DNA of 64,000 nt from Lophium mytilinum (Eukaryota), in NCBI GenBank assembly GCA_010093605.1, contig MU004190.1:310001-374000 (forward strand). Reading direction: 5' to 3'. The notes below the pieces were generated by a model. That model ran no database searches. It was given only the letters and a program-made list of their open reading frames with translations, and was not told the origin of the DNA. A program made the position numbers and the translations under genes. Position 1 is the first letter of the stretch. Each line of letters starts with the position of its first letter. Positions 12,719 to 26,474 of the stretch are shown piece by piece.

Positions 12719-15700
12719 CTAAGAATCTACCTTTCTTACTCTAGGAAAGACAGGAGCACTACTACTACTACTACTACTACCCATTAACGCACGCCGTCGC
12801 CCGTTGCCTATTCGGGGTGCTTGTACCACCGCCGATAGCCTAACCTTAATTTTCTCTTTCTTTTACCCTAATTCTTCCGCCTTAGTAAAGGCGCGGCTCC
12901 CCTATCTCTCGTTATGGTCGGTACACTATCCTCTTAAGGAGAAGGAATGAAGAAAGGCATTAAAAAGAAGACCTTAGGAAATCCAATCTCTAGCGCGCCA
13001 TTAATAGCGCGTTCTGCCCCCCGCCCTAATATACTAGCCGCAATAGCAGCTTTATAGATAGAAATACAGGAGACTCTTGGTACTAAATCTTAAATGCGTT
13101 AGCGCGGTACATATATTGGCGCTAAACCTAATAAGCCCTCCTCTACTCTAAAAGCGCGCGCAGCCTAATGGAATAGAGGTAAACTTATTTATAAGAACGA
13201 CTTAGATGCTAATAAAGAGGATAATAATAAGGGTAAGGCCTCTACCGGAACCCTATTAGCTGTCTATGTGACCGGCAAAGGAAAGGAGGCCGCAACTCCT
13301 GCTACTAAGGATAATAATGTCCTTACTACCTTAGATATAGAGCTTGAAGCTTATAACGCGCGACTATTTACTATACACCGCGGTTAACGCTCTACTCTTC
13401 TTCTCTAGGATAACGACAACTTAGTCCTAGGGGTTTGCGATGACGACGACGAGGATAAGAGTAATTAGGTCCGCCATAAGATTACTAATACAAGCGACCT
13501 CTAGCAGTCCGTTTAGGCCTAAGGAGACGAGTAGTTTAATTGTATTTACTACTTATCTAGCTTGCAGACTATCTTTAATAAGTATAAGAATATAGCACGC
13601 ATGCAGGCCGCCGGCTTGCGTAACTAAGTAGATAACCTTTAGGACAGGCTATCTAAGAAGAAGCGTAAGTTAGAATACTTCTGTTAGGCCGCTGTGGACT
13701 ACCGCGCGGAGCTTACCGATCTTAATATTAAACTAGCTAAGCACGTTAACCGTTGTAAAGAACTGTCCGAGCAGCTTCGGGCCTCTATAACCGCGCATCT
13801 ACGTACACGTAATAAGGCTAAGGACTTCCGCAAGGAGGCCGAGCGTGTTAACACTAAGAACATTGCTCTACAGCGGGAACGCGATGAGCTCCGAGAATAG
13901 ATTTAGCGCCTTTAGCAGCAGCCCCAGCGTTACGCCCGGTTTGTTACTCCTGCCTACGGTTCGGATAAGGAAGATTACACAGCCGTCCTTAATAGCCTCC
14001 GCTAAGCCTGTAGAGCCCCTATATTGGTAGAGAGGAACTAAGTATACTAAACGCCCCCTAACACAGCCCGCTTATATAACGCGCGCGATGTAGAAAGTAT
14101 ATACCTAGATAGGCTATAGAGTATAGAAAGTATATATAATATAGATAGGCTGCATAGTAAGACTAATACCTACTGCGATATTACTTCTACTCCCCTTATA
14201 GGCCTCCGTGGAGGCGCGGGCTACTGCGCAGACTTCCGCTCTAATACTGGCGACGACAAGATCCTTAATAATAAGAAGTTTCTAGATCTCTAGAACTTCT
14301 ACAGCGATAAAAATTGTAATAAATTTAAGGAGTGGCTTATTTACGCCTAGGATAAGGTTAATAGTAGTATTACTCTATTCCCTATAGAGAGCTCTAAGAT
14401 TAAATATATCTATGCATACCTAAAGGGGACTACCTTCTAGTCTATTAAGGGACGTGTAAAGCTAACTAGTAATAACCTATTCCGCACCGTCTAAGAAATA
14501 TTTAAGGAACTGGAAGAGGAGTTTAGTAATTACAACACGGCGGCTAAAGCAGGCGATAAACTCTATAATAAGGAGAACGACATGGGCGAATTAGAGTCCT
14601 TTAATATATTCCTTACCCGCATAAAGACCTACTTCGCGCCTCTCTACTATAAGGACTAAGAGAAGATTAACTAGATAGAACGAAAGATAACACCCTCCCT
14701 CTAGCGCTGTATCTTTAACGGCAGCAAGTTTAATTCCTTCTAAGACTTCTGCATTCGTGCCCGCACGGCCGCATGTTTAATTAAGAAGCTTAATAATAAG
14801 CTTTAAGACAAGCGCGTAACCCGCGACCGACAAGACCGCCCCCGTTGGCAGGACCGCAACGACGGGTCTAACCGTTGTAAGGGCCGCGATAATTGCCGCG
14901 AAGTTTAGGGCGATAGGCGCCCTACCACCGCTAATACTAATAAAGTACCCCTTTGTCTTCTATAATATATTACTAGGCTACTAGCAAAATAGGACTGATG
15001 CTTCCGCTATTTAAATATTAGTTATTGCCTAGGTTCTTTCTGCCCTATATTTAGAAAGATCACGACTTATAAGAAGACTAAGAAGAAGCTCCACAACATT
15101 AGTATTAACCTTGCTTCGCTAGAATAACTAGACTAAGAACCGGAATCCAATAAAGAAGCTTATTTAGAAGCCGCCGTAGTAGCAGCTTTAGATAACAACA
15201 AAGAATACTCTTTATCGGGGGAAGAGTAGTCCCTGGCGGAAATTAATGCTAGGGACATTTACTATTATAGTGGACGCGTAATACGTTTTAGCTTCTTTAA
15301 AATAAAATTAGATAGCTGGAACAACCCCCCGCTAAGCCTAACGGCTCCAACAATATTATTATGTCCGCCTTTTCCCTCAACGCAACCGCTAGCCCGAAGG
15401 GCGCGCTTAAATTCTACGCTAAAATTGTTACCGGGAATGGCGAACGTTAAGCTACATTACTAGCTAACACTGGTTGCTCCGGATCTTCCTTTATTAATAA
15501 GTAGTACGCTAAAAAATACGGCCTTATCCTAATTCCGCTTATAAAACTATAAGGGCTACGCCTTATAAATGGGAAAGCTGTGCCAGCCCTTACCTATAAG
15601 GCTAAAGTTACCTTACGCATTAGTAACTACGTTGAGACTATATACTGCTTTATTATGGATCTAGGGGCTTATAATATTATTCTTGGCATGCTATAGATGG

Positions 15701-18700
15701 ATCTTTATCTACCGCGATTTATTTTTAGCCGCCGCTATCTTATCTTAGAATCTAACTATTGTATGGCGAATTATATATTAGATAACTACGTAGTTTAGGT
15801 ATAGAGTAAGAATGTAGAGGATAAAGTTGCTACTAATAAGGGGAAGCAGCTCTTTAAGGCTAAGGTTGCCGCGGTTAAGCTAAAATACTTAAAGCTAGGC
15901 CTATAGGAAGTTACCGGCGCTAAGATAGCCTATAAATTAAATTGAGAACACGAAGGGGCTACTAGCAAGATGTGGGCTAACAACTTTGCAGCCGTAGTTG
16001 CTAATCGAGACGCTAAAGTAAAAGTAATGGAGGATAGCGTCCTATATAAGCCAGCGCGTTAAGCACGGCTTACTAAGGATATTAATCTAGACGCGTGGAT
16101 CGACGACGCAGTTACGAAAGTGTCCGCGATAATATAAGAGAACTACGAGAAGTTCTTTAAGAAGATACGCACCGCGCTAATTAATCGCGACGAATTATAT
16201 AAACGACTCCCTCGTCTTATTAAGGACTACGTCTATCTTTTTAACCTAAAGGAGGCTGACAAGCTACCCCTATCTAGGCCCGGCGTTAATTACAAGATTA
16301 AGCTATTACCTAATGCAAAGCATCCAACAAAGCGCATATACGGTCTCTTAAGGAACGACTCTATTATTGTAAAGAAATATATTAATAATATATACGGTAA
16401 GGGCTTTATCCGCAAGAGCTATTTAAACTTTTACTCCCTAGTTATTGTAGTTAAAAAGCCGAGCGGAGGCCTTTGCGTCTACATCGATTATAGAGGGCTT
16501 AACGCCGCCACGCTTAAGGCTTGCAACACCCCTCCGGCCCTCCAAGACACGCTTCTGCTCCTCCGCAAAGCGCGCAGGTTTACTAAGCTTAATGTTATAG
16601 CCGCCTTCAACGCTATTTAAATGCGCGACGGCGATAAGAAGTTTACAGCGTTTCTTATAAGGTATGGCTTGTATGAATTTATAGTCTTACTATTTAGCCT
16701 CTATAATGCGCCCTCCACTTTCTAGGCCTATATTAACGACGTGCTGCTAGAATATTTTAATAACTTTGCTACGGTTTATATGGACGACATTCTTATATAT
16801 ATAGAGGAAGATAATAAGGAGGCTTATATAGTATATGTACGAAAGGTACTAGCTAAATTAGATAAGGCAGGCCTATTCCTTAATATTAATAAGTGTGAAT
16901 TCTAGGTTACTAAGGTTAAATACCTTGGAATAATTATTACAGCCGACGGAATTAAGATGGACCCGGATAAGATTAAGACTATACTTGAATAGCCTATACT
17001 ATAAAAGCTAAAAGACGTCTAAGCCTTTCTAGAGTTCTGCAACTTCTATAGACGCTTTATAGGGCTATTCTCTAATATATCCGGCCCACTAATAATGTTA
17101 ATATCTTCTAAGGTTTATTTTATGTTTCTATGGCCTGCTAACTCTATATAATAGCGCTGCTTCTAGGCCATTAAGAACGCTTTCCGCAACGCCTCTGTAG
17201 TCGCCCATTTTAATTCTATATTAGAAACCTATATACACGCTAACTTATCTAACGGAGTAACTAGAGCAGTACTATTATAAATTTAGGCTAACGGTGAACT
17301 CCGCCCTGTGGCTTTTATGTTATATAAAATGACCCTATAATAAATTAACTACTAAATATATAATAAGGAATTACTTACAATTATGCGTGCGTTTAAGAAA
17401 TGGCAGCTAGAGCTGCTAGGCTTATAAGACAGTTTTAAAGTATTTACTAATTATAAGAACCTTTAGTACTTTATAACTAGTAAGCAACTCAACCGCCGAC
17501 AGGCCCGCTGGGCCGAGTTTCTATCTAAATTTAATTTTAAGCTCTCTTAGTAAGCCGGTAAAGATAATACTATAGCTGATAGCCTTACACGCCGCCCGGG
17601 TAACATCGCGGAGGACCTTAGTAACGAACGCGTTAAGATTAACTACTAGACGATTCTTAAGTCTAAACACCTGGAGCCAGGCATGGACCACGCTATTAAC
17701 CTTGCCGCAATCCTTACTTATAATAAAGTTGTCTATTCTATAATTAACCTAGCTATTACCTTCTACGCGATTAGCGAGTTGGAAGATGTTAACGAGGCAA
17801 AGTGTACTTAATATCTAATAACTGCTAAGGACGTAGTTAACAACGACTAAGGTTAGGAAGCTAAGCTTACTAAGCCGCGCGCTGATAAGGCATTAGGTAC
17901 TCAGCACGCAGCCTAGTAGGACGGAGGCGAGTTATTAGAGGACCCTCTAGACATAAGTGAAGCTATCCTAGACAATGTCTGCATTAAATAATAGATAGAC
18001 CTAATTATATAAGCTATTATTGCGGCTAAGAAAAATAGATTACGTCGCCTTCCACGCGCACTCTGTTAGGAGTATAAGCTCCGGCTGGAACTTAGTAACT
18101 GCTGCATTATAGGGGGCTTAGTCTATATACGCGATTAACTATACATTTCTATAGACAAGAGGCTGCGCATAAGAGCTATTTAGTGCATGTATAATCTAAG
18201 ACCTATAGGCTATAGTGGCACTACCTCTACCTACTTACGCGTTGCCCGCTTCTATTTCTAGCCAGGCATAACCTATAACGTGGACCGATACGTTAGTGCC
18301 TGCATAATGTGTAAAAGGATAAAGCACGTCCGCATAGGTAAGCACGGGCTCCTTAAGCCTCTCCCTATAGCAGACTAATACTAGATGGATATTACGGTTA
18401 ATTTTATTACCCCCCTACTAATCTATACGCGTTACGGCCGCAACTATTAATATATTATGGTTGTATGCAATAGGCTTTTGTATAAGAAGAAATTTATTGC
18501 GCTAGACTCTATAGAACTAGCTAATGTAGCCTAGGCCTTTATTAAATGGATCTGGCGGAAAGAAGAATACCCGCGCAGTATAATTGCTAACTAAGAAACC
18601 TAATAGATGTTACACTTCTAGAAACGCCTCTGCAAGCGACTTGAAACTAGCCCGAAGCTGTCTACTGCCTTTTATCTAGAGACCGACGGCCTTACTGAGA

Positions 18701-19776
18701 GCGCAAACCTGGCCCTTAAGTAGTACCTCCGCGCGTATATTAACTATAAATAGGACAATTAGGCTAATTTGCTGCCAATTACTAAATTTAAGGTAAACGC
18801 TGACATTAACTCTTCTATAAAGGTTGCCCCGTTTCTAGCAATAAAGAGCTATATCCCTTAATTAGGCATTAAGCCAGCCGAGAACTATAACGGACACGGC
18901 CCTACGCGGCAGCTACAAGAACAGGCCGATGAACTAATTAATAAGCTCGACGGTCTCCGCAAGTAGTATCGCGAAGAGTTAGAATGGGCTTAAGTAAAAT
19001 AGGAAGAGTACGCTAATGCCTATTAGCAACCAGCCCCTAAGTTCCAGGAAGGCGATATAGTTATACTTAATTACCGCTTTATTAAAATACAGCGCCCTAA
19101 TAAGTCTCTTAACTATAAATACCTCGGTCTCTACTACATTGCCGAGCGCATTAAAAATTACGCCTATAGGCTTGAGCTGCCCGAGTATATAAAGATCTTC
19201 CTAGTATTCTACTCTTAGCTACTCTATTGCATGGACAACGCCCGTTCTATAGAAGGACAGATCTAAGAGCCACTAGGGCCAGTTTTTATTAATAAAGAGG
19301 GATACAACTAATATAAGGTTAGATAAATTATTGCTATATAACGCGATAAAAGATATTAAGACTATAAAGACTCTATACGGGCGCGAGGCTTTCTGTAATA
19401 TAAAGCCCTATATCTAGGACATAATATCTAGAATTAAAACCCACTATGGCAGGACTAGGACGAGTTTAGCAATAGCCCCTATCTAGTAGCTAATTGGCAC
19501 CATAAATACGCAGGCGAACCGCCTTATCTAACGTATGTCCGCCCAGCTAATTGGGAGCCGCTTCTTGCCTCTATAAGACTACAACGTTGTTAAGCCGCGC
19601 CTTATACCTAAGCCGCAACCTAGCCGCTAGCAGCCAAGTTAATAATAACAGGCTCTTCCGTTAAGGACTTCTAAGCTTAGACAAAGAGGAGGCTTCACCG
19701 CGCGCGCTAATAGCAGCTAGGTAAGTTGCTCCGCTTACTAACAGTTACGGTCCGTAGTAAAGAATGCGCGCGTTCC

Positions 19777-19860
19777 GCACGGCTTAGCAGCCTTGCTATA
19801 AAAAGCACGGCTTAGCAGCCTTACTATAAAAAGCACGGCTTAGCAGCCTTGCTATAAAAA
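19777..19860 (+). repeat. 3 x 28-bp tandem repeat in the G1 3' region
   Basis: GCACGGCTTAGCAGCCTT(G/A)CTATAAAAA at 19777, 19805 and 19833. Confidence 0.95.
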
Positions 19861-20033
19861 GTATAGTCTTTCTATTTTCTCTTTTAATCTGTAGCGTCCT
19901 TGGCCTATAGACTTTCCTTCTCTTTTTTATTAGCCCCTATGGCCTTGTCTATTGTTCTATAGCCTTCCTATTTTAGACGGGAGAACGGATAGCTATCGGA
20001 GGACTGTAGGTAGTTCTTTGAGGGGGGGGGAGG

Positions 20034-20233
20034 TGTAATAGCTACATCCCGCTCTCCGCGTAGGCGCGCAGCTCGCGCGCCATCACGTGAGCAGGCCGTC
20101 ACGTGACCGCCGTTGGTCCGTGCGCCCTAGCCGAACTATAATCTCGGAGCTGGCGCCGCCCTAGCTCCTTATAGATTCTTTCTAGTTATAATTAATAACC
20201 TATTTTCTATAACACCCCTTTAGTTCCGTGACA
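20034..20233 (+). repeat. 3' LTR of G1
   Basis: TGTAATAGC...GTGACA, directly after a polypurine tract. Confidence 0.95.
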
Positions 20234-23200
20234 GTATTTAATTAGCTAAGGGGGAAAGTTTATTAGAGATTTATATAGTATATAGATACTTCTTTAGAAT
20301 TCTACTACTCTACTACTTAGAGTACGTTAGCATGCAGTATATCTAGAGAGTTTACTAGATACTCTAATAGCTTACCTATTCTACCTTTAGACTTTATATA
20401 TTATAGATACTCTATAGATAGCTATCTCTACTACTAGAATCTATAATAGTATCTTAGGCAGGTATATTATATTAGTTAGAACTTCTAAAGTATATCTAGT
20501 AAGCCTAGCTAGGTAAAGCTTATAATCTCTTTAGCCCTTTAATAATAGAAACTTTTAGAAGACTACGCTAATATTATATATAGTATTATTACTCTCTATT
20601 AGCTAGAACTCTTTATTATACTTAGGTAAGAAGAGTTTATACCTAAGAATACTATTATTACTTAAGGACCTTTTATTTTTCTAGACTACTAGTATAATAT
20701 ACCTAAAATTAAGGAAGTTATATACCTATATATTTAAAATCCTACTAAGAACTTTATTATTTAGAACCTAATCTATATAAATAGTACTTTATAACCTCTA
20801 AGCCTATCTACCCCTATTACTACTAAGTTAGAGATTGCCTATTTTAGCCGGTATTTTATTATTTTATTATTTCTTAGTAGCTAAATAATCTCCCTTCTTC
20901 TTATTATCTATATAGATAAATTTAGGCTATATTATAATATATATAGAGCTATATTTAGTATATACTAGACTTTAGCTAGCCTATCTACTCGCGAGTAAAC
21001 TAGAAATACTAGTATTCTCTCTATTATATTAGGCCCTTTTAGGGCATTATATAAGGATATTATTAGTATACTCTACTATCTCTAGTATCTAGATAAGGGT
21101 ATATTTACTACTATTACTAGTCGGCGTATATTTCTATATACTTTTACTATAGTTTTTACTATAGATATAGCTAAGTAGAATAAGAATTAGAGTATATATA
21201 GGCTAATAGTAAATTACTTCTATAGCTTATATTTAATCTATAAAGATAAGCGGTATAATCTTAATTTTAATATTATTTAATTTAGCCGCTATTACTATTA
21301 AACTATATAGCTATAAAAGTAGATTAAAGAAGTCTAATTATAAGTAGTAAGGAAGAAGCTTTATAAAGGATTTAGCTTTATAGATAAAGCACCCGCTATT
21401 TATAAGATAGTACTAGCGCTTAATATTATTAAGTTCTAACCTTTAGATTCTACTTACTCTAAATATACTAGCCTTATAAAGTAGATATAGTCTCTTCTCT
21501 TTAAATATATACTTATAAAGAATAGCTAAGAAGAATATACTAGGTAACTTTAACTCTAATAACTTTCTACTAGCTAGTCTTATCTTTAATTACTACTTAA
21601 ATATCTTAAGTCCTATTAGATAGGTAAGTGCGCGCGCATCTTTATTATTATACTACTTATACTCTAGTAATAGCTACAACTAAAATAGGTTAAGAAGAAC
21701 TTTTAAATAGCTATATCTTCTACTTTTAAGCTTTTAGTAAGTCTCTTAGTCTATAATATAATTATATAGGCATATACGTAGATAGCTTATAGCTCTACTA
21801 TAATTCTATCTTCTTCTATTAGCGCTTTTAATATATTATATATTAATAGCGCAATCTATAAAGGCTAAGAGTTATAGTAATAACTCTTTAAATGCGCTAT
21901 AAAGAGTATATACCTAAATATTATAAAGAAGAGAAATAAAGCTAGCTAATAAGGCCGTGCTTAATCTATAGCCCCCTTACTTACATTATCCTTCTAAAAT
22001 AATAGTAATATTAAAAGTAAGGTATCTACCCCCCTTAATCTAGATACTAACTTATCTAAAATTTAATTAAAGAAGAAGAACCCTAAGGTATAGATAAATA
22101 TACTATTAGCTTTCTATACCTATTTAAATTAATATACTAGGCTATACTATAGGGGAGTTACTTATAACTTTACTATACCTATAAATATTATATCTTTTAT
22201 AGGCGAGAATAAATATAGTAAATTTAAGGCTATAGTATACTAAATAAATAAGCGTAACTATTTTAAAGGTCTACTTATCTATAAGAATTTTCGCCTTACT
22301 ACCTAATTTACGCTTGCCAGCTTATTTAAGGCGGAGTATTCTAGTTATACTAGAATAGTTTAAGAACTTTTTAAAACTTACCTAGACCTATTTAACTCTA
22401 TACTACTATAATTTAAGTAGTTAGAGTTTATTAAGAAGAAGAACCTTAACTTATAAGGGAAAATACTTATAGATAACTAGTATCTAAATTTAATTCTCTA
22501 CTATTAGATTCCTTATACTTAGCTAGCTAAAGATAATAAGATTTTAGATCTAAGAAAGGTAGACGCGTCTAACGCCTTTTTAGTAATACTTTACGTTGCG
22601 TACTCTATAGAGTATAGAATTCTAAATTTATTTAAACTTAAAAGAGATACTTTTTAGTAGTTTAAAAGATTAGCCTTTACTAATCTATAAGACCCCTTAT
22701 CTCTACTATATTTAAGTTTAATACTAATACTCTATTAATAGAGCGTCTAAGAAGCGCATTAACCTTATATCTAGAAACTATATTATAGTATAAGAAGAAA
22801 GGCTAGGCTAGATTAATAGTATTTTCGCTTATAAGCTCCGCAGTTAGAATAGGGTTTTCTTAGTTATACTATAGCTAGAGGATTATATAGTAAAGCGCAA
22901 TTATATTTTTAATCTACCCCTTCTTTCTTTTCTATATTCTTTCTAGCGGAGCATTATTAGGCTACTAATAGTAGAAGTAAAGTAGCTTTTTATTTCTCTA
23001 TTATATATTAATAGCGTTTTTATCTTCTATCTATAGAATAGTTTATAGTTTTTCTAATTCTAAGAAAGTACTCTAGCTAGCATTACTATAGCTTTATATA
23101 CTTATATACCTCTAGGTATCTCTTAGATATATTCTAGGTATAAGAAATAATAAGGCTATTCTCTAGGTATTCTATTAATTTAATTATAATTAATTCTATA

Positions 23201-24249
23201 GCCTAATTCTCTACTATTATAGTATCTACCTTATATATATCTTAATGCCGGCTCTTAAATCTATAATAGTAAACTTTTTACTAAATAGAACTCTTATTCT
23301 AGAGCTTTCTTTTAGTCTAGTATAATGCACCCTACTTAAGTTCTAGGCTAGGTTTACTAGCCTATAATTTTATACTTCTAGTTTTTAGCTAGGGGTTTTA
23401 AAATATAGGTTTAGGCTATATATAGGTATTAGGCTATAGATACTACACCTTAGAATCTTACTCTAGAAGTTAGGTTAGAGGTCTTAGATATTAGAGTTCT
23501 ACTTTAGGAGTTTTAGGCTAGGGGTTTTATACCTTAAAGTTCCGCGCTAGAAGTTTTAGGCTAGTATATAAGAAGTAAGTATTAGTAGTTTATTACTAAG
23601 GAGTTGCATATATATACTACTTAAAGCCTTAATTATTAATATTCTCTAAGAAGAACTAAGGCGTAATAAATGCCTACGGCTTTAAATACCTAGTAAGTAT
23701 TTCTAATATTATAAGAGTTATATAAGTATTAGCCGCGCTAGATACTTCTTACCTAGTAGTAGAGTATTAGAGTATTATTAATATACTATAAATATAATAC
23801 TTAGAAGATATAATTAAGAATTAGTACTATAGAATATACCTTATAGCTGGGAATTTAGTTATATAACTACTTTATATTATCCTAAATAAACTATACTCTA
23901 TTAAAGTTTCTAGAAAATAGTATATAGAATCTTAGAATTATTTCTAGAAATTACTATATAAAATTATAGAATAATTTCTATCTAGGTAAATAGATATTTA
24001 TATATAGATTATATATAAGCGGGAGATTCTAGTAGAAGTAGGGTAGAGAATTATAGTTAGTAGAAGATAGCTTAAATATAAACCTTTTATAACTATACCT
24101 TAAGCGCCCTTATATAAACCTATAGCTATACCTTATATAATAGAGATATATTTTATACCTAGAAACCTAACTTTTAATCTAAGAATATAAGTAAGATAAA
24201 AGGCTAGATAGGTACTAATTAGTACTATATTTTATATTACTCTATCTAA

Positions 24250-25550
24250 TCTATAGCTTACCTAAATAGTTCTCTATCTTAGTAAGTATCTATCTATCCT
24301 AGTATAACCCTGCGCTAATAGTAATAGGGCCGGCCTTAGTAATAATTTTTTTAATATATTATAAATAGTTATAGAACGCTAGCCTTTCCCTAGATAAAAA
24401 AAGTACTATTTTTATTAAGTCTTTTAATGCTATCTACCTTTACTATATACTAATAATTAGAGAACTTATAAGGCCTAATTTTAAAGTATTCTCTTAGAGT
24501 TACCTTATAAATTAAGAATATACTAAACCTATCTACCTTACCTATTAAATTATATTATATTTTAGAATTAGTTTCCGCAGCTAGAATATTTTTTTAATAT
24601 TCTTTTTTAAAGTTACATTAGCCTCTATAAAGAACTCTTATGGCCTATCTTTTAGTATTATACTAATTCTTATAGAGAATTCTTATAGTATTTATTATAG
24701 TATTCTTTTAGAGTTGCGCTAATTCTTATATAGATACTAAATCTATTTAGATATAGGCTTATACTAATATAGAAAGTTTTAAATGTCTCTTAAAATACTA
24801 TATATACTTATAGCTGCCTAATCTTTTTCTATCTATATTTATAAGTCTACTAATTTAATTTAGCTATAAAGTAGATCTATAAGTGCTAGCCCGGCTAATT
24901 ATTATATATATTTAGAATATTAGATTCCTGCATTAGTCTCTTTATAGTATATCTTCTAGCTATTAATATTCTAGCTATTAATTTACGTAGAGGTATATAC
25001 TAATAGTAAAGCACCTAGCTACTACTAGTACTCTACTATCTATCTACTTTACTAAGTTCTACCTCTAAAGGCCTAGTAGTAAATTACCTATATATTTTTC
25101 TAAACCTATAGACTACTAACTAGAATAAGCTAGGCAGATATAGTAATATTATAATTATCTAGTACCTAGGGCTACTCTATAATTATTACTAATAGCGGAC
25201 GCCTAGGTCTTAAGTAAGAACTAGAAACTTTAGTAGGAAACTTCTTAATATTTAAAAGATATACTCCTTCTATAGCTAATTATAAGTAAGAGATATATTA
25301 GTTACTAATAGTATACTAGTAAGAGATGCCTTCTATAATAAGGCTTCTTAACTAAGGTTTTAGTAAGTTAAATCTAAAGTGTCTTTTTAAGTAGTATAGC
25401 TAATATAATACTAATTAAACTCTATTAACTTCTTCTACTAGCTCTATACTCTATATTACGCTATCTACCTTCTTCTATACCTCTTCTTATATATATCTTA
25501 TTAGAAGTTAGATAAAGATAGCTAGAATAAAAGAGTGGAAATCTTAAATA
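24250..25550 (-). pseudogene. Long RIP-degraded ORF of unknown function inside the DNA transposon
   Basis: One minus frame reads as protein-like for ~400 codons (DFHSFILAIFI...EGISY...RPRRPL...LAGLALID...GRPYY) with TAA/TAG stops of the kind RIP makes from CAA/CAG/TGG. Ends approximate. Confidence 0.45.
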
Positions 25551-26474
25551 TATAAATTTATTATAATACTATATATAGCCTTTAATACTATTTCTTATAG
25601 TACTCTTAGTAGTAAGTTATTTTATCCTGCATAGGTTTTCTATATAGCTAACTAGAACACCCTTCTTAGGCTTCTACCTTGCACGTTATAGCCCTCCTTT
25701 ATTTCTAATCTTAACTACCTCTTAATCTACTCTAGATAGAATAGTACTAAAGTAGATATAGTTATATAGTATATTAGCGGCGCTTATTAAATAGAGATAT
25801 ATAGCTTAGGCTATAGAATATAATAATAAAGCCCTTATATAATAGGTAGATAGATAGATAGATAGTAGACTAAAAGATAGATAATTTTAAAATATTAATT
25901 TAGAATTCTAGAACTTAGGTAGTAGTTATATATAGGCGTATATAATTTTAAAAGTTAAAAAGTATATATAGTTTACTTATAATTATATATAACTCTAGTA
26001 ATTATTATATAATAGCCTAGACTATAGTACTTATATTCTAGAATATATATATAATACTTAGATTAAGGTATTTATCTTAGTAGTATCTTTAGACTATCTT
26101 AAGTATAACTAGAGAAGAGAAATAGATAATTTTAAGAATCTTTTATAAAGATAATTTTAACTTAACTACTAGTAATTTTTAGCTAATAAGTATTACTAGT
26201 ACTAGGTTATTTTAATATAGTAAGTTTAATTCTATTAATAGAATAGCTATATTCTTAGGTTTCCTTAATACTTACTTTTAATAAGAAAGGTCTTAGCGGT
26301 AAGAAATACTTAAAAAATACTTAAGTTAAAAACCTCCCTTATAATATAAGTACTATATATAATACTCTTTTATAAGGTAGATATTCTATTCTATCTCTCT
26401 ATATTACGTAAGGTTGTCCTAAGTATAGGGACACTTAATTTTAAGATGGAAATATAACATTACTCTAGGAACAA

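Larger units (their letters stand above)
12519..20233 (+). mobile_element. Complete Ty3/Gypsy (chromovirus-type) LTR retrotransposon G1, RIP-mutated
   Basis: 200-bp LTRs, GTATT TSD (12514-12518, 20234-20238), PPT 20020-20033, gag Zn-knuckle relic ~15000, protease LANTGCS ~15460, RT VYMDDILIY ~16775, RNase H, integrase and chromodomain-like segment ~19310-19520. Confidence 0.95.
11480..22760 (+). pseudogene. CACTA/CMC-like DDE transposase relic, split by the Gypsy insertion at 12519-20233
   Basis: One frame carries IYIDKFRLYYNIY (D at 20915), VFTIDIAK*N (D at 21164), FYSLY (putative RIP-mutated CxxC), PLDSTYSKY (de-RIP PLDPAHSEY) and FIGENKY (E at 22205). The frame continues across the insertion site. 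Ends approximate. Confidence 0.7.
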
